This document shows, piece by piece, positions 9,035 to 18,993 of a stretch of DNA of 57,282 nucleotides. The DNA is from a virus (lineage: Duplodnaviria > Caudoviricetes). The position numbers and the translations under genes are program-made. Location: the IMG/VR virus record IMGVR_UViG_3300022929_000029, positions 1 to 57,282 of that record. One strand, written 5' to 3'. Position 1 is the first letter of the stretch, and the number at the start of each line of letters is the position of its first letter. The notes below the pieces were generated by a model that was not told the origin of the DNA, did not search any database, and saw only the letters and a program-made list of their open reading frames with translations.

Positions 9035-9479
9035 TGATAAACAAGAACGGTTTTGTCAAGCCTATATCCTGCACAGAAATGCTACAAAAGCGGCAGCAAC
9101 TGCAGGATATAGTGAGACCTCTGCCCATAACCAAGGCCATAGGTTATTACAAGATGAACGAATTAAAGAACGAATTGACGAACTCACAAATGAGATTTCA
9201 ACAGATGTTGATGTTATCTCAGAAATCGAAAAGCAATATGAGGTTGCTCGTAATGCAGGTAATGGAAACACTGCTCTCAAGGCTCTTGAACTTCTTGCAA
9301 GGGTACGAGGAAACAATGCGGATGAAGTCAGCACAGATGAAGAAACATTAGAAATGGAAATCGTAAACGCTATCAGAGTAATGGGTGTTGAGAAATCGTT
9401 TCAGCTTTTTGAACTAGCGTTTCCCGAAGAATTTACTAGCACTACGGACACCGAAGCTGGCAGCGACAATGACACCTAG
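9021..9479 (+). CDS. terS: Terminase small subunit
   Basis: HTH signature KQERFCQAY...NATKAA..AGYS..SA...G.RLL....I..RI.EL. Confidence 0.82.
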   Translation: MSLLNDKQERFCQAYILHRNATKAAATAGYSETSAHNQGHRLLQDERIKERIDELTNEISTDVDVISEIEKQYEVARNAGNGNTALKALELLARVRGNNADEVSTDEETLEMEIVNAIRVMGVEKSFQLFELAFPEEFTSTTDTEAGSDNDT

Positions 9480-9800
9480 TGTATACTGATACCAGTCAGG
9501 CATATTAGTTAAGGCTGCGAAGCCATCATCAACTATCTGTCTACCCCAATCTCCACAAAATGAAAGCACGAGAGGCACTGAAAAAATAATCGTAAGCCAT
9601 TCGTCTTTCCAACTGGATGCAGAGGCATCTGCCATTTTAAGGTCCCAGTCTATTTCACCTGTGGCCTTCTTCTGCATGACAATAGCTTCAGCTTTAGCGT
9701 GGGCTACCTTTGCGTCTGTCTTGGCCTTTGATGTTTCTACTGAACCTTTCAGCCAAGTACCTGCTAACTCTGCAATGGGTCCTATTAGAAGGTTTAACAT
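9414..9800 (-). CDS. Putative holin (GTA-type 3TM holin-like)
   Basis: SWKDEW motif, hydrophobic segments, LG..VAASFG.R C-terminus; lies in the lysis cluster. Confidence 0.65.
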   Translation of the reverse strand: MLNLLIGPIAELAGTWLKGSVETSKAKTDAKVAHAKAEAIVMQKKATGEIDWDLKMADASASSWKDEWLTIIFSVPLVLSFCGDWGRQIVDDGFAALTNMPDWYQYTLGVIVAASFGVRSASKFFGKR

Positions 9801-9836
9801 AAGCCTCTCCTGTTACGTTTAATATTTGTGCAAACA

Positions 9837-10568
9837 TTAGTCATAAGATTCCTGAACGACAACACCTTCACCAAATACATTCATTTCATATGTACCAGAC
9901 AAGGTACGAAGTTGAAACTGTATGTCAGTTTTTTCATTGTACTTAAATGGTAAACGTCTTTGAATATTCATATTTCCACTAAATGTAGTTCTAGCTACAA
10001 CGTACTCATTTCCGTTATTATAACGTACATAGTTTCTAAATAAACCGGGTTTAACTGCTGTGCTATCGTTTGAAAAAGCATCAATACGATAGAGATAAAA
10101 ACATTTACCTGCTGGTACAGTATATATACTTGCTTGATTACGACCAACCCCTGCTAATATTTTTGCGTAAGTTGTACCACCGTTTGATATAGTAATAATA
10201 CCTACATTTGTTCCTGTGTTAGCGAAGATAACATCATTAATTCTAAAGAATCCTTTAGTTGTTACAGGTGCAGTGGTACTATTTGCAATTACTGTTTCAG
10301 AAATTTCATTATAGTTTATATCCAAACCAATAATAGTTACAGTTCCACCATCATCTGAAGCTGATGCAGATGTAACTGTCATCGGAAGTGCGGACGTTGG
10401 GTATGTATAAGCTGTAGCATTTTCCCACAATGGGATAAATGCAGTGGTGGTAGATGCCTGCCAACCAAATATATTACGGACTTCATGGTTAATAATCTGA
10501 CCACGAGATATCTGTAATTCAAAAGGTTCGTTTTTACCTACTCTAGTTATTGATTGAGTTACAGACAT
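9837..10568 (-). CDS. Conserved phage protein, probably structural
   Basis: Beta-rich, Thr/Ser-rich 243-aa ORF with GGGAG RBS. Confidence 0.65.
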   Translation of the reverse strand: MSVTQSITRVGKNEPFELQISRGQIINHEVRNIFGWQASTTTAFIPLWENATAYTYPTSALPMTVTSASASDDGGTVTIIGLDINYNEISETVIANSTTAPVTTKGFFRINDVIFANTGTNVGIITISNGGTTYAKILAGVGRNQASIYTVPAGKCFYLYRIDAFSNDSTAVKPGLFRNYVRYNNGNEYVVARTTFSGNMNIQRRLPFKYNEKTDIQFQLRTLSGTYEMNVFGEGVVVQESYD

Positions 10569-10604
10569 TTAACCACTCCCACTCTTCTTTATTATAAGGT
10601 ATCA

Positions 10605-11090
10605 TTAAAATTCTCCACTCGCCATAGCGTCTGACAAAATTTTGGCTCTGCGTCCTACCTGCCTAGCCCATCTAGAATCTAACATTTCTCTTGATGCGGC
10701 TTCCCAATTTTGTTCGTGTATAGCATTCCACATAAGTTTAAACTTACATAGTCTAGGTACACCCATATTAAATGCCATGTCCATTAGTACAAGTTGACGT
10801 ACACTGTCTAGATCTTCTACACATTTGTGTACACGACATAATTCATTCTCTACTATTGCAATGTCATTGAGGGCTAGATACCTTGCATCGGCTTCAGATA
10901 TTCCATGTTCATAGACCACCTCCATACTAGGGATGTCAAGGTAATCTAGCTCCTCTTTACTGATACCACGGTCTTTTAAATTTCTACCTATGCCTATAGT
11001 ATCAATTCCTAATGTATCTTGATAAACTGTAAGCACAAGACCTTCATGCTTTACAAGCTTATCTAAAAAATGTGAACGATTGTATTTCAT
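10605..11090 (-). CDS. Endolysin, T4-type lysozyme (GH24)
   Basis: HEG......YQDTLG..TIGIG catalytic E/D/T pattern; MAFNMG and S.WA.QV..RA. Confidence 0.9.
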   Translation of the reverse strand: MKYNRSHFLDKLVKHEGLVLTVYQDTLGIDTIGIGRNLKDRGISKEELDYLDIPSMEVVYEHGISEADARYLALNDIAIVENELCRVHKCVEDLDSVRQLVLMDMAFNMGVPRLCKFKLMWNAIHEQNWEAASREMLDSRWARQVGRRAKILSDAMASGEF

Positions 11091-11332
11091 TTAACTGTCC
11101 TTGATTCAGAAATTCTATGGTTAGATGACCCAGGATTTTTACCTTCGTGGTTCATCCACACGGCGAATGCTCCTGTCATTGCCCCTGTTACTACAGATAC
11201 TAAACCAGCCTGTGCTGCAGTTGGATCTGGTAAGGTCATGAACCACTCGACTACTCGCCAACTCATTATTGTCATAATAAGCATCATTAATCTTGGTAAT
11301 AGTTTCCATTCTAAAATCTTCTCAGCAGCCAT
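11087..11332 (-). CDS. Small two-TM membrane protein (holin/antiholin candidate)
   Basis: Two hydrophobic helices; overlaps the lysozyme start. Confidence 0.6.
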   Translation of the reverse strand: MAAEKILEWKLLPRLMMLIMTIMSWRVVEWFMTLPDPTAAQAGLVSVVTGAMTGAFAVWMNHEGKNPGSSNHRISESRTVK

Positions 11333-12459
11333 TAAAAATACCCACGCATTAAATCTTTTAATCTATCGTCTAATGTAGGCTGAACGGTTCCACCAACTTC
11401 TCGTTTGACCATACCACCATACCTTAAACCTTCTTCATCAAAGCTTGCAGGAGAACTGTTGTCTACACTAAAGTCTCCAGGATCTACACCACCTCCTATA
11501 TCTGCACCACCATCACCACCAATTGGCGCACCTTGATAGTCTTGTCTACCTACACCAGTTCCAGATATTACAGTACCACCGCCAGTAGTTGGAAATCCAC
11601 CACCTACAGACGGATCACCAGCACCAGTGGCTTGTGCAATTTGACTGGCAATTCCACTTAAATCAAATCTCATATTAGCAATGTCGGAAGGAATACCTGG
11701 TACATCCCCTAAATTGAAACCAGTTGCACTAGGCATTGAAGGTTTAGATGTGGGCAACGACATACCAGAAGGACTAGTTGGTGTAGTTGCCTGACCAGCT
11801 TTTGCAATAGAACCAGCAATACTAGGTGTTGTTGTTATAGAAGATTGTGGTACAGGCGCACCTACATTACCTGCATTTTGTGCCAGTGATTGTTGTGCCG
11901 CTTGTGTAATATTACCATAAATATCCGCACGTTGTTGTGACATATTAGGTGGGGCAGACTGTGGCGCACCTTGATAGTCTTGTCTGCCTATATTACCTGA
12001 AGCTTTATTGAGGGCATCAATACCTGCATTGCCTGAAAGACTTGCCTGATATGCAGCTTCAGCCGCAGCATTACTAGCATACCTGTCCTCTAATGTCATA
12101 GGTTTGTTAAGAGGATTTTCTTGAGTTCTGTCTTCTGGATTAAATCCAAAAAATCTTGCAGTACCTGACATTACTGGATTACGAGACACCATTGTTTCAG
12201 CAGTCTGGGATAAATTACCAAGAGGATCTTGTGTAAATGCAGGTCCACCAGCCTGACCTATTTTTTGGCTTGTCTGTAAAGCGTCAACACCTGTCATAGC
12301 TGCACCAATAACAGGAGCCGCATAACCTATACCAGCTTCTATTACTCCAGGTAATCTACCAGAAGGTTGTGCAGTAGGGTTAGCACCTTGGTTCATTGCG
12401 GCTGCAATGCTAGATAGACCATCCTTTTTATTATAATCTGCTGGGTTTGTTATTGCCAT
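11332..12459 (-). CDS. Gly/Ala/Gln-rich putative internal virion protein
   Basis: Low complexity; internal 24-bp repeat (11524-11547 and 11962-11985, GRQDYQGAP); two C-terminal GG motifs. Confidence 0.6.
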   Translation of the reverse strand: MAITNPADYNKKDGLSSIAAAMNQGANPTAQPSGRLPGVIEAGIGYAAPVIGAAMTGVDALQTSQKIGQAGGPAFTQDPLGNLSQTAETMVSRNPVMSGTARFFGFNPEDRTQENPLNKPMTLEDRYASNAAAEAAYQASLSGNAGIDALNKASGNIGRQDYQGAPQSAPPNMSQQRADIYGNITQAAQQSLAQNAGNVGAPVPQSSITTTPSIAGSIAKAGQATTPTSPSGMSLPTSKPSMPSATGFNLGDVPGIPSDIANMRFDLSGIASQIAQATGAGDPSVGGGFPTTGGGTVISGTGVGRQDYQGAPIGGDGGADIGGGVDPGDFSVDNSSPASFDEEGLRYGGMVKREVGGTVQPTLDDRLKDLMRGYF

Positions 12460-12460
12460 T

Positions 12461-15400
12461 TTACTCGTCCTCTATTCTATTACCTTGTAAAGCTTGGTAC
12501 AGTTCTATAATTCTTTCCCTTGGTATTGGAGCGTTAGTACGTCTTTGTGAAACACCAAAGCTAGGAAATGTAGGAATATAATAATTGCTTGACGCAAGAT
12601 TTAAGTTTTTCCAAACATCATCTGATATATCTTTTTTACCACGTAGCTTTAAACCTTTAACAATTTCCTTTGCATAGTCTTCACCAAACAAAGAACGATA
12701 ATTGTCTGTCAAAGCTTTCAACTCTTGAAATCCACCAAGTCTTTGACGCTGACTATCTTTGTATGCATCAAATATTGTATCAGCATCTGCTTCACTATAC
12801 AATGTAGGATCAGATATAGTTCTAACAAATCCAGCATCTGCTCCCTTAATCTTACGTAAGCTAGGATCTAAAGCGTATTTTAAACCTGCAGTCATATCCA
12901 AACGCTGATTACGTACACCAAAGAATGCAGGTAATCCTACATCACCACCAAATGTCTGGTCATATCCAGAGATTGTAAAGCTTGAAGGTGTGACACCCTC
13001 TGGTAAATTCTTTCCCTCACCAAAGTCTCCAAACAAAGGAGATATAATCTTAGATGTTCCAGCCTTAGTTTGCTCGTAGTTCCTACGTTTTTCTAAAAAG
13101 TTTAACACGCCTGGTTTAAACGGATCAACAGCAATGCCTATGGCCTTTTGTATCTTACCCATTGTTGTAGGTTCGTTTTGATAGTTACGACCATTAGCTA
13201 AATCAAACATAGCTTTTGTCAACATAGAAGGTTCCATGAATGGACCTAGTTGATTATCAAACAATCCAATAGCAAGACCTTCTAGTTCTGATTCATTTAA
13301 TCCACCATCAGCAATCATTTTGTGTGCAACTTTAGCACCAGTTTTTAGATAAGCATACGGATCAAGTGGTCCAAGGTTTACATAGTTAACACCTACATTA
13401 CCACGTTTATCTTTATCAATACCGCTTGTGTATATTCTATTTTGAAACTGTTCATATGAAGGAACAACACCATTAATAGCTTCTTCTTGATCGTCCGTAA
13501 TGCCAAAAATCTGACGTGATTGATTTGACAAAGCATCACCACCTAAACCAATAGCTGTCATACCTGCCAGTCTTTTTGCAGCTTGTTTTCGTAGCTCTGA
13601 ATTACCGCTTGACAAATCATCTAGAGTATACTTAACAAGGTTCTTTGTAGTACGTATCATTTCTGCAGGAAATGCAATGAAGTCACCAACTGGTGCGCCA
13701 CGTAAAGCTTTGACAGCACGAGGAACAAGAGAATAGTTAGGCATCATATCACGTGTACGTTGTGCAGCAAGCTCTTCAATCTCAGCCAAAGGCTTATCAG
13801 GAAAAGCTTTACGCATATAATCTTTAGTCTTTTCAAAGTGTATAATCTTAAACAAATCATCTTCTGCTTGATACAGGTTTGTTAAGAATGTGTTAGCCTT
13901 TTTGGTACCACGAGTAAGTGCAGTCTTTTCAAACCAATCGTCAGCTGTACTACCTTTTAATACACTATTTAAGTTACGTCTAATAAGATTAACACCAATA
14001 CCACTTTCAGTAATACCTAATTCTGCATAACGACCAGCAGCTTCTGCAAGCTCACGGTTGTTTTTACCAGCTAATTTTGCCGCTGTTTGTGTAATAGCTT
14101 TTTTACCTGAGTTATACCCAGGTACTAAACCGTTTGCACCTAACATAAAGATGTTACCAATAAGGTTACGACCATGTGTTGCAGGACTATAAACAGTCTT
14201 TGCGGTTTGTGTAGCACCTTTAGCTAACATAAATCCTTTAGCCCAGCCAGACGTAGGAGTTATTTCATCTAAACCCTCTTTGATTGCTCTTGCATATGTT
14301 TCATCTATGTAAACATTCTCAAGAGGATTACGAACCATTCCCTTGTCAACCTTACCACGACCAAGTATTTTTCCTAACCGACCTTCAGCAATATCACCAA
14401 GACTTATATTGTTTACTAAAGATTTATCTGTAGAGGCTACACCTTTACCTATTAAATCCCTTGCTAGTTCTTCTAAGAAATCATTCTCAGCTTTAATTGT
14501 AGACAGCTTTTCAAATGTTTTGATATAGTTTTGTTGAGGTGATTTTACCTCACCCCACAATGCACGTATTTCTTGTGGTATATCACCACGTTTTGACAAT
14601 ACCTTACTAGATCCTACAGCGGGTGTAAGACTACGTTGTGAAAACAAACTAAACATTTTACCAGCATCCTTGTCTGCCGTAGCAACAAGAGATTCTAATG
14701 TCTGTGGAATTTTAGCAGGGTCAATACCACTATCTAATAGATATCTTTCTGTTCCTTCAATGATTTCATCTTGCTCACCAGCTTTGTAACCCTCTAATCT
14801 TTTACGAAGGTTCTTAGCATACTCTGGATCATCAAAGGCTTGATAAGAACGGTTAAGATAAAACCCTTTGTTACCACCAATACGAGCCTGTAGTTTTCCA
14901 CGAACAACATTCTGTTCAACGTACTGAGACAAGTCATCAATGTTCCTACGCATTTCATCTATGATCATTCTAGATTCAGGTGCTTGTTGAGCAAGCTCGT
15001 CATAGTCAACCTTATTACGTCTTAGTTGATTGACAACATTCTGAGCCGCAGCTTTTTCTTCTGCTTGAAACTTGTAAAGTTTTTTTAGTGCCTTGTCTGT
15101 TGCAGACTGATCTACTGCGTTTTGTGCTTTATTAATTAAGCGTTGTTCTTTTGCTAGTACTTGCTCAAGACTTGCTTCTGCATTAGCCAATCCATTGTCT
15201 GAATACTGCAAAGCGTTATTCATTTTAGATTCTATTTCTGCGTTGTATCTTGGAATTTCTTTTTTAATTGTTGCATCTAATTCTTTAGCTAAACCGTCTG
15301 CTTCAATCATAGCTTTCTTTGCAGCACCGCTACGTTTAATAATGGCACCCAAAGTTTTGTCATCTGTTCCAAGACGAGAAGAAAAATTAGAACCTAGTTT

Positions 15401-16258
15401 ACCAAGAAATGAAACCTTTTGTTTTGGTTGTCCAGCCTTTCTAGCTACGTAGGCTTTACGAAGATATACAGGAAGACTAAGTGCAAAAGCTGCAGGTATG
15501 TCAATAGCTGTATTCTTTACAAAGGCATCAATATAATCTAATGCTGTAGGATCTGTAGGATCTTCTTTAAGTTTTTTCAAAGCCTCTTCACTTTGATCAT
15601 CTTCCATAAGCATGTCAAAAAGATTATCACGAGGATCTTCAATAACTGTTGTACCAAAAGCACCAGCCGTACCATAACCAGCTATCTTACCTGCTTTACG
15701 TCCACGTCTACCAGCTTTACGAGCAGTCTTTGTAAGAACTGCCCTTGCCCCAGGACTAGCCAGCTTTAAACCTTTAGCGGCTAAGTTAGCACCCTTGACT
15801 GCTAGACCTGCAGGAATAAAATAAGAAGCAACATCACCAACAAGTCGCTCACCAGTACCATAAGCTCCATCACCATGATAAGGATCAAAGATTTCACTAG
15901 AAGCTTCTTTCAATGCTTCAGGTACATACTCACCGACAGCATCTAACGCTGATGAAAATGTATCAGTAACTGCATCAGGAAGAAAAGCTTCTGCTACATC
16001 ACCAATACCTTCGACAGCCTCACCAACTGCACGGCCTACTACACGACCTACTGCAGTTCCACGACCAGTAAAATCTTGCTGGCCTTCTTCTTGTACCACA
16101 TCAAATTCGTTATCAGCTTTAATGAAGTCATCAGGATCTACACCAAGCTCTGCCACCTTATCACGAAAGTTTTCTTTAGATAACTTACCTTGCCTGTCTA
16201 ACTCAAGCAAGGCATTTCTTGTATCTTGAAATGTCTGTGAACGATAACTAATAGCCAT
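12461..16258 (-). CDS. Large internal virion / DNA ejection protein
   Basis: 1265-aa helical ORF in the position of podovirus core/ejection genes. Confidence 0.65.
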   Translation of the reverse strand: MAISYRSQTFQDTRNALLELDRQGKLSKENFRDKVAELGVDPDDFIKADNEFDVVQEEGQQDFTGRGTAVGRVVGRAVGEAVEGIGDVAEAFLPDAVTDTFSSALDAVGEYVPEALKEASSEIFDPYHGDGAYGTGERLVGDVASYFIPAGLAVKGANLAAKGLKLASPGARAVLTKTARKAGRRGRKAGKIAGYGTAGAFGTTVIEDPRDNLFDMLMEDDQSEEALKKLKEDPTDPTALDYIDAFVKNTAIDIPAAFALSLPVYLRKAYVARKAGQPKQKVSFLGKLGSNFSSRLGTDDKTLGAIIKRSGAAKKAMIEADGLAKELDATIKKEIPRYNAEIESKMNNALQYSDNGLANAEASLEQVLAKEQRLINKAQNAVDQSATDKALKKLYKFQAEEKAAAQNVVNQLRRNKVDYDELAQQAPESRMIIDEMRRNIDDLSQYVEQNVVRGKLQARIGGNKGFYLNRSYQAFDDPEYAKNLRKRLEGYKAGEQDEIIEGTERYLLDSGIDPAKIPQTLESLVATADKDAGKMFSLFSQRSLTPAVGSSKVLSKRGDIPQEIRALWGEVKSPQQNYIKTFEKLSTIKAENDFLEELARDLIGKGVASTDKSLVNNISLGDIAEGRLGKILGRGKVDKGMVRNPLENVYIDETYARAIKEGLDEITPTSGWAKGFMLAKGATQTAKTVYSPATHGRNLIGNIFMLGANGLVPGYNSGKKAITQTAAKLAGKNNRELAEAAGRYAELGITESGIGVNLIRRNLNSVLKGSTADDWFEKTALTRGTKKANTFLTNLYQAEDDLFKIIHFEKTKDYMRKAFPDKPLAEIEELAAQRTRDMMPNYSLVPRAVKALRGAPVGDFIAFPAEMIRTTKNLVKYTLDDLSSGNSELRKQAAKRLAGMTAIGLGGDALSNQSRQIFGITDDQEEAINGVVPSYEQFQNRIYTSGIDKDKRGNVGVNYVNLGPLDPYAYLKTGAKVAHKMIADGGLNESELEGLAIGLFDNQLGPFMEPSMLTKAMFDLANGRNYQNEPTTMGKIQKAIGIAVDPFKPGVLNFLEKRRNYEQTKAGTSKIISPLFGDFGEGKNLPEGVTPSSFTISGYDQTFGGDVGLPAFFGVRNQRLDMTAGLKYALDPSLRKIKGADAGFVRTISDPTLYSEADADTIFDAYKDSQRQRLGGFQELKALTDNYRSLFGEDYAKEIVKGLKLRGKKDISDDVWKNLNLASSNYYIPTFPSFGVSQRRTNAPIPRERIIELYQALQGNRIEDE

Positions 16259-16263
16259 GATTA

Positions 16264-18567
16264 TTATTTATACTTCTTTAAAGTATCGTTTGCAGCAACA
16301 GAATTATTATTTCCCTGTTGAATTTGACCATCTGGTGAAGGTGTCTTATCTCCAAGTCTACTTAATCGACCAGAAAGAATTTCACTAAACTTAGATGTAA
16401 CACTCATGTTATCATCTGGCAACCTACCACTTAAAATTAAATTACGAATATCTTCATAAGCTGCGTTAACTTCAGCTTGAATCAAAGGTCCAGTTTCTGC
16501 GGACGCAGCCATAGAACCTACAGGTGAAGTAGCAATAAGTGAGTTAACTGTTGATTGACTAACTGTTGAATCAATATTCATAGCTTCATTACGAGCCTTT
16601 TGTAAATCAACTTGCTTACCAATTAAGCTTAGAGTATCTGCAAGTTTTTGACGCTCACCAGTTTGTACCTGCTGTGCAATCTCTGCCTCCTTACCAAGGA
16701 TTGCAAGACGCTGTGCATCTGTCTTATCTGTGATGTCTCCTTCTTCACCTATAATACGACCAACTTCTGCCAGAGGCTGTTTAGCAGCTTCACCAACAAT
16801 CTGTAAGTCACCTTTAGTAGTATCAGCCGATAATACATTAAGACCAAACTGTGCAAGCTGTAGATACTTTTGTTTTTTTAGATCACCCTTCTTAGCTTTT
16901 TGTTTGTCACCTAGTTTAGATTTAAGATCAGCATACTCTGCTTTAAAGGCTTCCATTTCTGGAGTAAGAATTTTTCTATCTTTGATTTCTTTTGCAGATG
17001 CTTCTAATAATTTTTCTAAATCTGTAAGCTTTGTATTCTTAGGAAGAGTAAACTGATAAGGAGTATCTGTTACAGTAGGTTTAGTAGTAGCTGTAGTAGC
17101 TGAAGGACTACCACCTGTAGAAACCTCATCGTTATCTGTTGAATCAACTTTAGCTTTAGCAGCCAATGCCGCCAGATTATCTGTAGCTACAGTACTAGGT
17201 TTGATAACTTTCTTAGTATCATCAGGTTCTGCTCCACCTGGAATTACATCACGAACTAATGTACTAATATCCTGTGGCTCAGTTTGAACAATAGGTTTAG
17301 CTTCAGTAGCTACAATAGGTGACTTTGCTTCACCAGCCTCATCAACATTTTTTAAGTTAGCTGTTATCAACGATGGAGACGCAGGAGATTTAGCTAGAGT
17401 ACCGTCCTCTTTAATTCTGTAAAAATCACCATCTTTATATTTATAAGACACAGGTCCACGCATTGTGGAAACAGTACGCTCTTCACCCTCTTTAAATTTA
17501 TACTCAGGCTTATCCTCGTCATCTGACGAAAAAAAACTTTGGAACATAGAAGCTAAAGGAAATGCTCCTGATGTAACACTTTCATTTTTATAAGCTTCTG
17601 AAATAGGAGCATTACCAGGTCTGTCACCCTGTGCAAGCTTTGCCATGTGACCACCTTCTTTAGCACCAAAGCCACCAAAGGCACCAGCAAGACCTGCAAT
17701 ACCTGTACCAAGACCAAGAATATTCTGAGCCATGCTTGCAGGAGGAGTTGTTGTAAAGCCTGATGTATATGTATTAGGTGTGTAAGGAAAACCACGAACA
17801 ATAGACTGATATTCTTGTAGTGTTTTTGTAGGAAATAACTGTTCTTCTTGGAACTGTGAGTATGCTAAATCCAAAGCACGTTGAGTATCTCCACGTCTAC
17901 CAGCACCCATTGCTTCCAACGCACCAATTTCTTTAAATGCTTGACCAGGAATTGCGGCACCCATAGCTGCCAAGCCACCTGCAGCCCCACGCTCACGAGC
18001 CTTCTGTGCTTCAAATGCTGCCTGACCAGATTGGAAAGCTGCTTGAGAACCACGAGTTTGGATGTCTGATAATAGTTGTCCTTGGTTACGCATTGCTTCT
18101 GATTCCAACAAGGCACCACGTGATCCACCAAATCCACCTGCAGCTACAGACTTTGCACGAATGTCTTGTAGTTGTGGTGCAAACCCACGAGCAGCTTCAC
18201 GCTTCTCTACATCTACAACTGCCTGTTGATATGGTGACATATATTGACCAGCAACATCACCAAACCGTTCTGCCTGACCTAATGTAAGACCAAGAGCAGG
18301 GCGATAATATGTTTGAGCAGAAGACAACATTGGATCAGAGGATACACCACCTGCTACTACACCTTCTGTTCTAGCTTGAGCAGCTAATTGTGAGGGATCA
18401 AAACCAGCAATACGAGGTCCTGTGTAGGCTTGATAACCAGCTTTCTCTTCAGCTTCTGCACGAGCTTTTGAACGCTCCAATATGTCCGTAATATAGGGGC
18501 GTAGTTCGGAAGGAAATTCCGTGGTGGTGGTTTGCGTGGTAGCCGCTGGTTGTTTACCTTTACTCAT
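16264..18567 (-). CDS. Internal virion / DNA transfer protein
   Basis: YMSPYQQAV...GGFGGSR...E N-terminal pattern typical of podovirus injection proteins. Confidence 0.65.
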   Translation of the reverse strand: MSKGKQPAATTQTTTTEFPSELRPYITDILERSKARAEAEEKAGYQAYTGPRIAGFDPSQLAAQARTEGVVAGGVSSDPMLSSAQTYYRPALGLTLGQAERFGDVAGQYMSPYQQAVVDVEKREAARGFAPQLQDIRAKSVAAGGFGGSRGALLESEAMRNQGQLLSDIQTRGSQAAFQSGQAAFEAQKARERGAAGGLAAMGAAIPGQAFKEIGALEAMGAGRRGDTQRALDLAYSQFQEEQLFPTKTLQEYQSIVRGFPYTPNTYTSGFTTTPPASMAQNILGLGTGIAGLAGAFGGFGAKEGGHMAKLAQGDRPGNAPISEAYKNESVTSGAFPLASMFQSFFSSDDEDKPEYKFKEGEERTVSTMRGPVSYKYKDGDFYRIKEDGTLAKSPASPSLITANLKNVDEAGEAKSPIVATEAKPIVQTEPQDISTLVRDVIPGGAEPDDTKKVIKPSTVATDNLAALAAKAKVDSTDNDEVSTGGSPSATTATTKPTVTDTPYQFTLPKNTKLTDLEKLLEASAKEIKDRKILTPEMEAFKAEYADLKSKLGDKQKAKKGDLKKQKYLQLAQFGLNVLSADTTKGDLQIVGEAAKQPLAEVGRIIGEEGDITDKTDAQRLAILGKEAEIAQQVQTGERQKLADTLSLIGKQVDLQKARNEAMNIDSTVSQSTVNSLIATSPVGSMAASAETGPLIQAEVNAAYEDIRNLILSGRLPDDNMSVTSKFSEILSGRLSRLGDKTPSPDGQIQQGNNNSVAANDTLKKYK

Positions 18568-18568
18568 A

Positions 18569-18976
18569 CTATAATTCCTTTGTAACTATATAATGGGTTT
18601 GTTTGTATCCTCTTGATTCTAGTTTTTTAACCCAACCCTTACGTCCTACTATTTCTATTCTATTACAACCTTCTAATTTTCCAAACGTCTCAAATGTTTT
18701 TGTATCTACCCAACTATTAATTTTTTTACCACCCATCAAAACAATTCTTAATGCTTTGTTATGTTGATATGGTATTAGTTCTGTTACTGCTGCGTAGATA
18801 ATATCATCAGTGTTGTACCCTATAAATAATTGCATGGTGTCTTCCATTAATCTTTCAAAGACATGATTACCATCAAAGTCACCATCATTAAAATCAATGG
18901 CTCGTTGTAGCATAGGCAGTACAACAGGCCATACAAGGTCTATATCTCCGACCTTTACTTTAACTTCTTCTAGCAT
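18569..18976 (-). CDS. GNAT-like protein of the core gene block
   Basis: GC.RIEI.GRKGWVK.L...GY motif. Confidence 0.55.
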   Translation of the reverse strand: MLEEVKVKVGDIDLVWPVVLPMLQRAIDFNDGDFDGNHVFERLMEDTMQLFIGYNTDDIIYAAVTELIPYQHNKALRIVLMGGKKINSWVDTKTFETFGKLEGCNRIEIVGRKGWVKKLESRGYKQTHYIVTKEL

Positions 18977-18993
18977 ATTGGTTTATATATTCC

